Shown here: positions 50,366 to 63,529 of the stretch, piece by piece
How the letters are laid out: every line of letters begins with the position of its first letter
How positions within the stretch are numbered: position 1 is the stretch's first letter
From: Vicugna vicugna
Lineage: Eukaryota
Assembly (NCBI GenBank): GCA_013265495.1
Contig: MU058528.1
Location: forward strand, 1 to 64,000
Reading direction: 5' to 3'
DNA: 64,000 nt
The notes under the pieces: generated by a model
Seen by the model: only the letters and a program-made list of their open reading frames with translations
What the model was told of the DNA's origin: nothing
Database searches by the model: none
Made by a program: the position numbers and the translations under genes

Positions 50366-50776
50366 TTTTTTTTAATGTTTTGCTTTTTTGTTTGTTTGTT
50401 TTATGAGGGGGAGGTAATTAGGTTTATTCATTGATTTCTGTTTATTTATTTATTTTTTTAACATTTCTTTATTGAGTTATAGTCATTTTACAATGTTGTG
50501 TCAAATTCCAGTGTAGAGCACAATTTTTCAGTTATACACGAACATATATATATTCCTTGTCACATTTTTTTCCTCTGTGAGCTACCATAAGATCTTGTAT
50601 ATATTCCCTTGTGCTTTACAGTATAATCTTGTTCATCTATTCTACATTTTGAAATCCCAGTCTGTCCCTTCACAACCCCCTGCCCTGTTGGCAACCACAA
50701 GTTTGATTTCTGTTTAGAGGAGGTACTGGGGATTGAACCCAGGACCTCGTGCAATGCTAAGCATGTGCTCTACCAC
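50366..50776 (-). mobile_element. 5'-truncated Vic-1-type SINE split by an L1 insertion
   Basis: Head at ~50717-50776 (gaggaggtactggggattgaacccaggacctcgtgcaatgctaagcatgtgctctaccac) and tail at ~50407-50444 (gggggaggtaattaggtttatt) with an adjacent T-rich tract. Confidence 0.88.
50445..50702 (-). mobile_element. Young L1 3' end nested in the SINE
   Basis: Perfect 14-bp TSD ttgatttctgttta (50431-50444 / 50703-50716). Same 3' sequence type as 31890-32028. Confidence 0.92.
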
Positions 50777-51044
50777 ATCCTGTTGGGTGAAATTGAGTAA
50801 GAACCACTGCAGATTAAAATAAAAATTTAAAACCTCCATTGCTTCCTGGAACTACCTTCTCTCTTTTGTCATTTGGATACATCTTTATGTGTCATCAACC
50901 TCTCTGCTCAGATGTCACTTCTCTCCAGAAGATTCTCTGCTTCCCCTCAAGAGCAGGGGAATCACACCACTAGATCAGGTGTGCCTCCTGCATTGGGTTC
51001 ATAAGTCAATCACAGCACTTAACTGTCTCCATCTCGCTGTTTGG

Positions 51045-51200
51045 CAGTGGTTCTCTGTGTGCCTGAGAACCTCAGGGAGCTCAGTTAGTAAGAGGCCCAC
51101 GCCCAGAGATCCTGATTCAGTAGGTCCTGCGACCTGGGAGCCTGAGTGTTCAATATCTGGTGATTCTGGTGATCTGTCATTAGGCCACACTTTGAGATCT
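51045..51200 (+). mobile_element. MER5-like DNA transposon
   Basis: cagtggttctc...ggcccacgcccagagatcctgattcagtaggtc...ggtgattctg...ccacactttgaga. Confidence 0.7.
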
Positions 51201-52261
51201 CACTCAGCTCAAGAGTGTTCTATCTGAGAGCCAGGCTCTAATTTTCTTTGTATCCTCTTTACCTAGAATGGGGCTAGGTACATAGCAGATGCTCAGGATA
51301 CAAATACATAATGGATACCCTATTTTTTCTGAGGTTCTGGTTGTAGAAATATATAATTCCTTTGACTTTCCACACACGATTTATACATATTACAAAGAGC
51401 AATATACTTCTAAGAAATTTTGCCTTTTGTGGCCCAAACATTCAGAGTTCTGAAATAATTGTATTCTGTTAAAATAGAAAGAGAACCTCCCAGCACTTTT
51501 TAGATGTCAGAGAGACGCAGAGAAAGTACTCATTTATTAAAAAATAATATATCAGTTACTTTCAACATGCATACATTATGTTGGGTGCCACAAACGTGGA
51601 GGAATTACAAATAAATGTAGGAAACATTTTAGTTGCTCAGGACGTGGATGTTCTGGGAATATAAGATAAAGCTATATAAAACAGGCCTGCATTAGTATGA
51701 ACGCTAGAGTGGAAATTAGGTGGGGCACTAGGGGTAGGAATGTTTAGGAAAGTATTTGTGGAGTTGTTGATTCTTTGAAGAACTGGAAAATGAGAGGGAA
51801 ATACTACCGAGGAAGGTGTAACTGCTTAACAAAAGGCTTAGAGTCAATGACAGGCATGGCTTTAGCAAGACAGGTAATGCTAGAGAAACAGTGAGCCTCA
51901 GTCAGCAGCGCTGCCTCCTCCTTCCTCCCATGCAGAACAAACAGGAGTAAAGGAGTAACAGAGGAGAAGCTAGGATAATCACCTTCACTTCCGATAACGA
52001 CTAAATCTGAGATTCTAGTTCAGTGTGAGAGACAAAGGGGCTGCTAACCGATCCCTGGAGGAGCAGCACGATGGATGATTGATTCCACAGGACTGAGCTG
52101 GGCATGCTCCCCCAAGCTGCTGATCATTTAAGTCACTGCATCTCTCTTGCTTTGAGAGATGAGGTCAGAAGCGTCACCCCTTCACCTGGGAGGAAACAGC
52201 AGGAGTGTGGAGGAAATAGCCCTCTAACATTCCTCTGCTTTGTGTTCTCTTGATCATTGGG

Positions 52262-52276
52262 CTTTTAAAAAGTATG

Positions 52277-52327
<51 letters not shown>

Positions 52328-52458
52328 CTGTGTCTGAAACTTCTTAGTTTCATTTATTTTTTAAACTGAAGTACAGTCAATTACAATGTGTCACTTTCTG
52401 GTGTACAGCACAGTGTCCCAGTCATGCATATACAAACAAATGTTCATTTTCATATTCT
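52262..52458 (-). mobile_element. Short L1 3' end with extended tail including (TTTA)n
   Basis: L1 terminus at ~52352-52458. Perfect 12-bp TSD ttgatcattggg (52250-52261 / 52459-52470). Confidence 0.85.
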
Positions 52459-52689
52459 TTGATCATTGGGTTTAACCATTAAGCTCAAGGTCAGTTGGGA
52501 GCATAGTTATCCCCCTTGAATGAGATGATCTGCTATTTTCAGGGCAGTCCTGATCCTACCTCCACATAGCCACTGCTCACCACCAGTTGCTGCTCCTTTG
52601 GGTTTTATTCTGGGTTCACTGGTGGACAATACAAAATTTTGACCCAGAAGGTATAGAAATGGGTTAAAAACATGTATTAATTAAGCAAT

Positions 52690-53208
52690 TGACTGGATAA
52701 AGAAGTTTTGGTATATTTATACAATGGAATACTACCCTGCCATAAAAAAGAATAAAATAATGCCATTTGCAGCAACAAGGATGGACCTGGAGATCATCAT
52801 TCTAAATGAAGTAAGCAAGAAAGAGAAAGAAAAGTACCATATAATTCCACTCATATGTGGAATCTTAAAAAAAAAAAGACTATGAACTCATCTACAAAAC
52901 AGAAACAGACTTGCAGACTTAGTAAACAATCTTATGGTTACCAGGGAAAGGGGGTGGGAAGGGATAAACTTGGGAGTTTGAGATTTACAAATGTTAGCCA
53001 CTATATATAAAAATAGATTTAAAAAAAGTTTCTTCTGTATAGCACAGGGAACTATGTTCGGTATCTTGTAATAACCTTTAATGAAAAAGAATGTGAAGAA
53101 TATGAAAACGAATATATGTATGTATATGCATGACTGGAACGTTGCGCTGTACACCAGAAATTGACACATTGTAATTGACTGTACTTAAAAACAAAAACAA
53201 AAACAAAA
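52690..53208 (+). mobile_element. Lineage-specific L1 3' end with (AAAAAC)n tail
   Basis: ORF2 end (aaaataatgccatttgcagcaac...atggacctggagat) plus a 3' UTR ending acaccagaaattgacacattgtaattgactgtactt. Confidence 0.92.
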
Positions 53209-56200
53209 TCCACAGACGAATTTGTGTCCAAGGGTGAAAATCATTTACTTTTCTAATTCCCACTCCAGCTGTGTGGTCCATCATCACCTACTGAAGTTTC
53301 AGTGAGATTACATGGGACAATTAAATAAATCCAGTAATAATGCCCAGCAAAAATCCTTTGCCTCCAAAGCAGGTGTTAATTTTGTTCTTTCCACAACAAT
53401 GTAGAAATGTCCAAAATCTGATAAACTCCTACAATTATAAAACTCCCTGAGAGAAATTAAAGACTCACATCAAAAGAAATTAAAGTCCAGACTCAGATTC
53501 TCTTGCCTTTGTGAGTATAAAGAAATTAGAGTCCTTCCCACTTCTCATCCGACTCAGTCTCAGGGGTTCTTGGCCCTAGTGTAGACATCTGGATCTATGT
53601 GTCACTCACATGAATGAGTATAGTTGGGTCAAGGCTTCAGAATCTCTGATGCCAGCTCTCTGACAAACCTCCTTTTAAAAACAAGTCCAGTGGGTCAATA
53701 AGGCCTTTTAGCACTGTTCCCCCACCCAACGACTTTAGCAAGTCACCTAGGCAAAAATGACGTTCCCAAAACTGAGTGTGCAGTGTGGACACAGACCGTT
53801 GAAGAAACCCAGTACATTTAATGCAAGGAGCATAGAAGAAACAAGACAAAACAATAGCAACCAATCAATCAAACAAACAAATAACAGTTACAACTTGGTT
53901 AGGATGCCAATTAATGCCAGTTGTCCAGAAACCACAATGAATTAATTTGAAGCCAACTGGGAGAAATTTCTCACCAGTTTTGTTTGGGAAAAAAGCTAAT
54001 CTTGTTTCCACTCAGGAAGTGGTACCTGAGTCATTGCTGTCTTCTTGCAAAGTTTAGAAATTTGAAGTGGTGGCAGCCCTACCGCCGCCTCGTGTGTGCA
54101 GACATCTTGGTCCTGGGCCCCAGTGGCTTTTTCTCCTCCATCGTCATGCGGAATTGCCTAGGCCTGTAAAACACGCCCCTGGGGAAGGCTTCTTTCTCAC
54201 GTATGATTACATTCAAAACCCACCTTCTAGCCCTTGCTGGCGGGTGACTGCAGACATACTGATGAACTGGTGGGTCGTGCTGTGACTCCCTCCTTGGAAA
54301 TGCACAATGACATTCTGTGCGGCCAGTCTGGTGCTGCTTACCTAATTCTGGCACCAAAGAGATCTGGAGCTTAAGAGTTCTGAGCAGCACACGTAGAACT
54401 CGGCAGACCCTGCTGAGAGACACCCAGGCTGAAGGACTGGGTGAGACTGTTGTAACCTGCAGCTGAGTCCTCTCCCCTTCCTGCCTTTGAGGCTCACTGG
54501 CTACTGTTGGGGCAGCGTCCCACTGCAGGTTGCCTCAGATGCACAAGTTTAAGGGTAAGCTCTGCAGCTGTGTCTTGAGGCTGCCTCTGGCCCATCCCTG
54601 TGTCTCATTCACCCTTTGATTCAAGTGGGAAGCCCCACATTCTTGTCCAGGCTGCTCATATGCCTACTCGTACAGCTCCCCACCTGCCTCTCATTTTATT
54701 TAAGGTCAGCCTTGCTGAAGACCCTCACCTTTGCTGAGGCCAAAGCCCACCAATGTTTAAAAGAGATCCAACCCCATTTCAGGCTGTCCAGGCCAAACAG
54801 TGTCTGTGTTTAGCTGCATTAAGGTGAGTTCTGTCCAGCGATCCAATCCTACTACCTTATCGGCAGGCACTGAGGAGAAGGGAGGGGCTTGGCTGGGTGT
54901 TGCGTGAGGCCTTTGCACTTTACAAGCAGTGTTTTTTTTTTTTTTCCCACTATTGCTGTCTATTTAATTAATTAGTTAATACATTATTCATTATTGAGCT
55001 GGAGAGGGTCAAAATGAAGACTTTAACCTTTTTTCTTTTTATAAATAAAGGCAACGGTAGTACGTGGGTTGATGTGGAGTGGATAAGGACTGGTCTGAAG
55101 TGGATACGGAGGCTATTCTGATAATCCAGGCCAGGGTGGTGGCAAGGACAAAGGACATTTTTTTGAGACATTTCCAAGAATTAGAATGAATAGGTGCCAG
55201 GGTGAGTGGGATGCGAAGCCTTGCAGAGCAGCCCTGATTGTAGACTTCATTCCCTTCTCTCTGCCCTTGTGGCTGCTGCTGGGGAAGGGCAAGTTGCCTG
55301 GGGGGTCAGAGGGGAACATTTGCTAGGTGCCGGTGGAGCAGTTATAACAGATGTCAGGGAGGATTGTTAGCATGCCCGAGCTGTTCTGATGTAGAGCATT
55401 GGAATGTGCGCCTGTGTTTTCCCTCGCGGGCAGTCCAATGATGCCCTCCTGGCCTGAAATATGATCTGTCCTGAAGGTAGTTCTAGACATCTGGTGCTGA
55501 AACAGCGCTCCTGACAAATAGCTAACATTTTAAATAAAGGAAAATATTGTATCAGGGGATTCCACTTATTTCTCAAAACCAAATGGCCTCAAAGCCACTC
55601 GATGTGTCACTAGTACACAGTATTGTGGACTCTAGGGAGGTGGGAGTAATGAAGAGAATTTTGCCATTTCTCCAAATTTCTAAGCCCTAATTTAAAGAGC
55701 ATTCCCTGACAGACTCATCTCCTGCCTCCCGTGAAGGGGGAGAAGTGACTTTTTATCCAGTGAATATCTGGCTATCAAGTTAATGACGTCCACCTGCTTT
55801 CTACAAACACAGCAGTTTCCTTTCATTCCAGGAGAGCTGGGCATAAAGTGTCTCACCCACTGTTAGCACTTGGCTTTTAGAACCTGCCCAGAATCCAGAT
55901 TGACATAAATTCCCAGCCATCTCCTAATGAAACGCAGCCTTACGGTCCATAGGTGATGCGAAGTGTCTTGTGCTGAAGTGGGGCCACATGCAAATCACTC
56001 CAGAAGAAATGGCGATGGGATGTTTTTGTCTCAAGGGATTTTCCCACATTTGTCCCCATGGCCATTTGTACCCCATCACTGAGTATTTTAGTTAATTAAA
56101 TGATTTACTAAATTCCTAGTTGAAGGGAAACATCTGGAGGAAAGCGAGTCATTTTCTGTGTTATTTAAAGGAAAATGTCACTTGATACTCACCTGCAAAG

Positions 56201-57814
56201 TGAGACCGAGGAAGAATTGAGCAGTGCTTACAGATAAGGCATTGGGTCTAGTTCTGGACAAGGTACAAGAATGAGGAAGATCTAGTCCCTGCCAACAAGA
56301 AATTTGTCATGTGGATGGGGCCTCCCTACTGTTGGCCGTCGGTTGGACAGAATTTCCTTGACAGGTGCTGACCCCCATACCTGCCCCACAGGTTTCAGTG
56401 GAGACCCTTTTTGTACATCCTGTGTCTCAGTCTCCCCAGCTAGCTGTTTGTGTTTGCAACTTGTTAAATTAAAGAGCCCAGGCAATTTTTAAAAAAGGGA
56501 ACTTAGACTAAGGAAAGGGAAAGTAAAACAATGTACTTTCTAAGTTTTCTCCCAAGTAACTTTTTCCCAAGTTCAAAGGGCAAGTAGTTAGAAAGACGTT
56601 AATGCCCTCTTCCTGAGAAGGTTTGGAGCACATCTCTCAGTGGGTGGAGGGTGAGTGGGGGCCCCTTTCTCCAGCCTTGCATCCTTGGTGATGGACAGTG
56701 ATTGAGCTGCAGGCTGATTTTCTCGCCATTACTCCTGTGAAACCCAGCAAGTACTCACATATCTCCCAAGGCTAAGCTTTAATTCTCAGGCACTGGACAG
56801 TCTACACTCCTAAAGAAGATGAAATAACTTTTTTTTTTTGGTCTTATAATTTGCAAACTGTTTCTATCTTTCTGCGCTGGGTGGTATTCTTTTCGTTCTT
56901 GTTTCCAGGTCCCGTACCTTAGGGGCTGCAGGAACAGGAAACTATCTGCACACTCTTTTCTGTCTCTTTCTTTGCAAATACAAAGGAAATCCGTGAGATG
57001 ATAGTTCCAGCCAGGACTTCTCTTAGCGAGTTTATTTTCTGTTTTCATCCGGAGGAAGGGAAGAAGAGGGCCACCAGTCTAGTTACATTGCTTCTAAACT
57101 TGTCAATAAACCTAAATATTTTAATTATTTAATTAGCACTTTTTGGATTACTAATGAAATTGACCGCATTTCCATTGATTTGTCTCCTTCTTTGTATATC
57201 TTTAGAAATTGCTGTTCGTGTCCCTTCCCATTTTCCTATAGGCATGCCATATTTTCCTTACTGATGTGGAAGAGTCTGCACAGCATTTCTGATAGTGCGT
57301 GCCATCACGCGAAGTGAATGTGTATGTTTTTCTCTTTAATGCATAGTAACTGCTGTGTTCTGAGGCACTTAGGTGCTTCCAGATAAAGCCCTTCCAATGC
57401 GGCTCATGGTAGAATGCCTTAATCTGCAGGAACAGCACGGGAATCTGTATCGAATAAGAAGTACGTGCCTTATTTATATGTTACAATTTAAAAAGAATTT
57501 TTATACAGGCAATCACATTTGGAACCAAATGAGTTGTTTTCTGAGTTCTTAAACCGAATGGAAAGATGTCTCTTCGTATATCTCACAAGGATTTGAGCTG
57601 TTCTAGCTGGTTCTTATTTATATTTCATGATCATTAGGCTGTTTGGCCCTGGGCCTTCAGTGATGGGGAGCTGCTGGACCTCTGCCCCGGTCAGTGCTGA
57701 GTGGTCAAGAGAACAGGGCTTGCTCTTTGGCTCAGATGTTCAGTTTGGCAGATACAGGATTGCGCTGGGATCCAGTGTACCTCAGTTGGAGGTGCCATTG
57801 CATTAAAAAAAATA

Positions 57815-58128
57815 TTTTTAATCGTGGTAAAATATATGTAGCATAAATGTATCATCTTAACCATTTCTAAGTGTTCAGTTCACTGGTATTAAATATATTC
57901 ACATGGTTGTACAACCATCACTACTGTCCACTTCCAGAATGGACAAAGCTGAACCATCCTGCAAAACTGAAACTCTATGCCTGTTAAATAATAACTCCTT
58001 ATTCTTCTGTATTCGTGTACCATGGCAACAACCATTCTGCTTCCTGTCTCTGTGTCTTTAAGTACTCTAGGCACCTCATGTAACTGGAATCATAAGTATT
58101 TGTCTTGTGACTGGTTTATTTTACTCAG
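57815..58128 (-). mobile_element. L1MB-type 3' end fragment
   Basis: catcttaaccatttctaagtgttcagttc...catggcaacaaccattctgcttcctgtctct...gtgactggtttattttactcag. Confidence 0.8.
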
Positions 58129-58887
58129 GACATTGGCATTTCAGGCAGAACAGTCCTTGGGTGTGGGCAACTGTCCTTTGCATGATATTTGGTCCCTTGG
58201 GCAACGCCGGGACTCCAGGTGTCTATGGAAACACCACTGCCTGCGACAGTCAAACTGAGGGATAGGAGTGCCCCTTTGAAATGACTTTCCAAATAAAACC
58301 TCCAAACCATCTGAAATTGATTCTTTCAAAAGCAAATATGTATTTGAAATGTAAATGGCTCCTTATCCCACTCCGTGTAAACAAGTCCCAGATGCTACTC
58401 TCTCAGACCTGAGAAAGTCAAGCCAAGTTTCATAAAAGGCTCTTTCAAAGTCCAGTTCCTTACCAGCCTATGGAAAACAAATTTAAATACTCTGTTTGAA
58501 GTGTGCGGTTCACATTCGGGCTGTTAGGAGTCCTTGACCTTTTCCAGGGGGAGGAGCAACACAGTCAGCTTCTCTTCTTCCTCAGCTCCCTCCACAACCA
58601 GCCGCTTATGATAATTTCACTTAATGCTCTCTGTGTAAACAGTTTACCACCATGTTGATTAATTATTGCATTTTCCAATATATTTATTTTAGCACAAATG
58701 TCTCAGAGAGCTTTGAAATTGTGCAAATAGTGAACTTATCTTAAAGGCCAGAGTGGAAATTGGACTTGAGGTGAACAGCCTTCCTGGTAAAAATGGGCAC
58801 CTTCGATGACTCTGGGTTTTCATGAGGCTCAAAACACAGGTGATCTTAGGGGTCTTAACCATTAATGCCACACATACTCATCAACTA

Positions 58888-59550
58888 ACTTTTGGGCATA
58901 TATCTGGAGAAAACTATAACTAGCAAAGACACGTGCACCCCAGTGTTCATGGCAGCACTATTTGCAATAGCCATGACATGGAAACAGCCTAAATGTCCAT
59001 CAACAGATGACCGAATAAAGATATATACAATGGAATATTACTCAGCCATGAAAAAGATTGAAATAATGCCATTTGTAGCAACATGGATGGACCTATATAG
59101 AGATTATCCCCTTAAGTGAAGTAAGTCAGAGAAAGACAAATATCATATGATATTGCTTATATGTGGAATCAAAGAAAAATGATACAAATTCTATTTACCA
59201 ACCAAAACCACTCATGGACATAGAAAACAGACTATGGTTACTAAAGGGGAAGGGGTCAGGGAAGGGTAAATTAGGAGTTTGGTACTGGTAGATACACATT
59301 ACTATATACAAAATAAATAAACATAGATCTACTGTATAGCACCAGGAGCTATATTCAATTTCTTATAATAACATGTAATGGAAAAGAATCTGAAAACACA
59401 TATGTATATGTATGACTGAATCACTTTGCTACATATCTGAAACTAACATTGTAAATCAACTACACATCAATCAAAAATAAATTTCAAAAAAAGAAAGAAA
59501 ATAAAGAATATTATAAGGAGAAAGAATAAGAAGAAAGAGAAAGAAAAATA
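58888..59550 (+). mobile_element. L1 3' end (ORF2 C-terminus, 3' UTR, A-rich tail)
   Basis: Translation GIYLEKTITSKDTCTPVFMAALFAIAMTWKQPKCPSTD...IMPFVATWMDL. Closely parallels 12960-13564. Confidence 0.93.
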
Positions 59551-61009
59551 GATTGTGTGCAATCCAAGTATCCACAAGTACTTATTTATGGCTCATCTAC
59601 TGGTTTGTTCTTTAATGCATTTAAAAAACACTGATTCCCACTTGTTTTCTACCTTCCTTTTCAAAGGGAACATTCATGCATTCAGTTGTGCTAAACCAAT
59701 CTATCATACAAGTATGGAGCTAAAATTGAATTCATTGATTGGTTAACCCACCTCTCTTCTGTCATGAAACTCTTCCGAGGCAGTTAACTGTCTTGCTAGA
59801 GGTTACGCTGCCCTTTGTAGCTGCGTTTGGTAACCCTTCAACTGGGATGATTGATAATTTCAATGATGCTTTAAAGTAAGTTGAACAATTATAAAATCAG
59901 CCTTTCAGGTTGTGTTATGAGTTGTGTGTGTTGCCTTCCAGTCTTTGTGGCTCTGATTCTCTGCCTCTGAGGTCTCATCCTAATTTTGGTTAGACCTTGT
60001 AATGCATTTTCCACTACTCATCTTAACAACTGCTTTCTAGGGTTATCTGACATTATGCCAATGCTGCATCTATAATACCTGGAAAGAAAAATTGCAATAA
60101 GTCATGCTTTAATTTGGTGCAAAAAACAAATGCAGAACAAGGTCTGAGACTGCCTTTATCTTGGACCATCACAAGATTTCTCCAAGCCTTAGTTCCTCTC
60201 TCTGTAAAATGGAATAATAATGATAATAAGATAATAAGACCAAATATGGCTCTTTTATGAAACTGATGAAGTTCTTGGATAACCTGTTATGAAGACACAT
60301 TAGAGTTTTCCTCAAAATTATTTACTTAGTGAGAAATAAGAGCCTCCTGGAGGCTGCAAACACTGAGTGGCTTAAACTTTATACAGAGTTATAAGTTGAG
60401 ATTCTCATCTTTGAGGAAGGAAGGCAAAACTGAAAAGCACATGGTCAAAATGATGTCTAAATTAACACAGCCATTAGCCACCCACGGTGATATTTCCCTT
60501 TTGGGAGCTCCCATTAGTGTGACTTAAGCATGTGGTTGGTCCCTACCATATGGTTTAATGCATATCTTCTTGAGGATTCTCTGATGATTTTTTGTGCATT
60601 GATCCTTACTAGTCAGATTTTACATTCCTGGAGAACCTCATCTATTCATGATATTTTCTTTATCTGCCTTGTAGGATGCTGCACAGGTCAGGCATATGCG
60701 GGGCCCCATGTGCCTGGGGATTTCCTAGAGGAGTAGTCTGAAAAGCACTACATCACAGTGTAACTTTACATGTAGAGCTGGCTGGGTGGTGGGAAGAGGA
60801 AGGTGACGATGAGGGATTTGGGGATCCAAGCTTAGGCATCAAAAAAGGGTAGGCAGGGGACAGAAGGATGGGTAGAAGGACTTCAGACTCCCAAGGCAAA
60901 GTTTGCCTACACCCAGTTTTTCCCAGAAGCAGGCCTGGAGGTAGAGATGTTGCTTTGCGTCCAGCTGTTTGGAGAAGAGCTACTTAGAAGGACATGGGTA
61001 CCATCTCAC

Positions 61010-61335
61010 AGGTCACTCTGCCCTGCTGCCTCTGCTGGAATGCTCATCCTGCTTGCATTTTGTCATTCAGGTCTGGGCTCAAATGTCATTTCTCTGAAAG
61101 ATGCTTCCTGTCTACTCAGTCTAACTTTATCCCATTCTCCAGCTCTCTGAAGCAATCACTTTCTGTTGCATGGCTAATTTATTTCCATGAGCTCTTTGTC
61201 ATCATTTGAAATGATACAAATTCCTTTATAAGTTTACTTATCTCAGTGATCTATTTTCTTGTTCATAGTAGCGCTGCCAACTCCTGAAACAACACCTGGT
61301 ACTCAAAAAGCAGTGGTTGAATAAGTAAACAAATG
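61010..61335. mobile_element. L2 LINE remnant
   Basis: ctggaatgctc...cattcaggtctgggctcaaatgtca...aacaacacctggtactcaaaaag...gttgaataagtaaacaaatgaat. Confidence 0.6.
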
Positions 61336-62579
61336 AATTGCATGCAGTCACAGTTAGCCAAAAGGAGACATCCAAATATTTTGTTGACTTAAAATTTTAT
61401 TATTAAATATTTCTTTAGAATTGGACCATTTGGTTAAGAGCTGAAACTGTTTAAGTATAATTTTTTGTAGGGTAATGAAACTTAAGCTATTTTTATTATA
61501 ATACCTATTACATGACTCCTGGGTGACCATAGATTATTGTGATTAGTAATGAGAATGGGCAAAAGCAATATTATGTCAAGGAACAAAAAATTGACCAGGT
61601 GTAAGACTCTGTTTATCTCAATTTTCTCAACAGTCAAGTGGCATAGTTGGACTCACTATGGTTTCAAGGGACCCCTGTAATTCCGTGAGCTCCTTGTAAG
61701 AGGGAATAAGAAGGAGCAGAGAGTCTAAAATACATACATGTAAACAGACATGTTAAAACATCTCTTTAGGAAAAAACTAGGACATCCTTTTAAGCCATTG
61801 TGAAGCATGTCAATTGATGAACTGATTATGGCTCAGTCATTTATGGGAAGAGCTTACAGGAAATATGAGGTAAGAAACAATTTCCAACCACTCTCGTTGT
61901 TGAATAGACAGCCGTCTAGTCAATACAGGAATTTTCCTTTAATTTAGAACCTACTTGATGACATCAGTTGGCTAGTCTTTTACTGGGAAATTTGTAGCCA
62001 GACTTGAAGTTTTTTTTTTTTTTATCATTTGTTTTAATCAGAACTCATGCCTCTAAGTCAAAGAATACATTGCTTCTGCTCTCCTTTCCAGCCGTAGGCC
62101 ACTGCTTTCAGTTTTCTCTCTTTATTGTCTTGGCACTGACACTAGGTTTGGTAAGTGTGCTAACAGAAGAATTTGAAGAAGACAGTAGAAGACCAGTGCT
62201 TCATTTATAGATACAGACAATTTACCCCTCCTTCCTTTGTTCAATCTTCCACAAATGAATAAACAAAATAATGCCCATGCTTAGTGAATGGAGTAGTTGA
62301 AGAAACATTCATGGTGGCATCATTGTGTATTGTGACACTGGCATGACACACGAAGAAGTGATAGGATTTTGGAGGGTCTCTGGGCATATGTAATCACTTT
62401 TATTTGATACCAGTTCTTTTATACGTTCTCTGTAGCATATTACCATTGCCATTTAAGAAAATAAATTTTCATCTTTCTTATGTTTCTCAGGGTTAGACAG
62501 ACTAATTTTTTTTTTAGTAGTGAGAATTTCACTTTATTTTTGTTAGTATTATTTTCTAGGCATTGATGTATTTCTCTGT

Positions 62580-62665
62580 TTTTAATAGGGGCACTGGGGA
62601 TTGAACACAAGACCTCGTGCATGCTAACTAAGCATGTGCTCTACCACTGAGCTATACCCACCACT
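62580..62665 (-). mobile_element. Vic-1-type SINE head with atypical 3' extension (to ~62490)
   Basis: Reverse complement reads gggtatagctcagtggtagagcacatgcttagttagcatgcacgaggtcttgtgttcaatccccagtgcccc. Confidence 0.88.
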
Positions 62666-63503
62666 CCGTATGTTTCTCAATATTAAAAAGCATTTAGGTA
62701 ATTTTTCTCTAAATAAATTTTAAAAAATTGGCTTATACAGTACAAATCCTAGGAAGGCAATTCTGATGAGTAAATTTCATTTATTCCGGCTGTGTTTATT
62801 TAAGTAACACTGTAAATACCATGGATGGTTTTATGGGGAGACCCAGATGTGTTCTAATTGCTCAGCAAAATTGTCTGGTTGTGAATTAAAACATGATGAC
62901 TTTAATGAGATTTCCAGTAAAAATTTATCTTAAAAATATGCATATGCAGTATTATCAGAAAAGCAACATAGTAGCGTGGAAAAAGTTCTGGACTGGTGGT
63001 CAGAACATGTGGGTTCAAGTCCTGGCTCTGCCCTCCCTAACAGGGAGCTTTTTATGAGTCTTTCTGCAGCTTCCTTATTTATAAAATGTCCTGATTTGAA
63101 CATTTTCCTGCCATATAAACATATGGGTTGTAAGGTTCATATAAAAATTGTATTGATGTTTGTTTGTAAAGACAAATTTGAGGAAATGAGAATGAAATCA
63201 GTATTAAATGATCTTAAGATTGCCATTGATTCATTTTATTAGGATTTCCTAACTCTTGCCTCACCTTTTTACAAAGGAACACAAGCTTTAGGGAAAAAAG
63301 TTTTTTTTTTTTTTTCCTACCCAGGTGAGAGATGTAGTTGAATCGTCCTGGCAGTGGTTCTCCCAGTACGAAACATCATTCAATTGAAGAGTGCCCTTCC
63401 CTTGGCCTCCACCTGAAAGGCAGAAAGAAACTGGAGGATAAACTAGGAAATCCAAAGATGTGGTCTGGCTGTCCTGAACCTTGGTGCCTTCCGGGCTCTG
63501 TGC

Positions 63504-63529
63504 TGTGTGGTGTAGGGGACAGTGCCAGC
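63504..63529. repeat. (GT)n microsatellite
   Basis: About 13 GT units read directly from the sequence. Confidence 0.95.

Noticed and set aside
53400..57700. Repeat-poor stretch as a hidden gene or lncRNA
   Set aside because: No CpG island, spliceable coding exons or RNA-gene signature visible. It may be regulatory, but sequence alone cannot support that.
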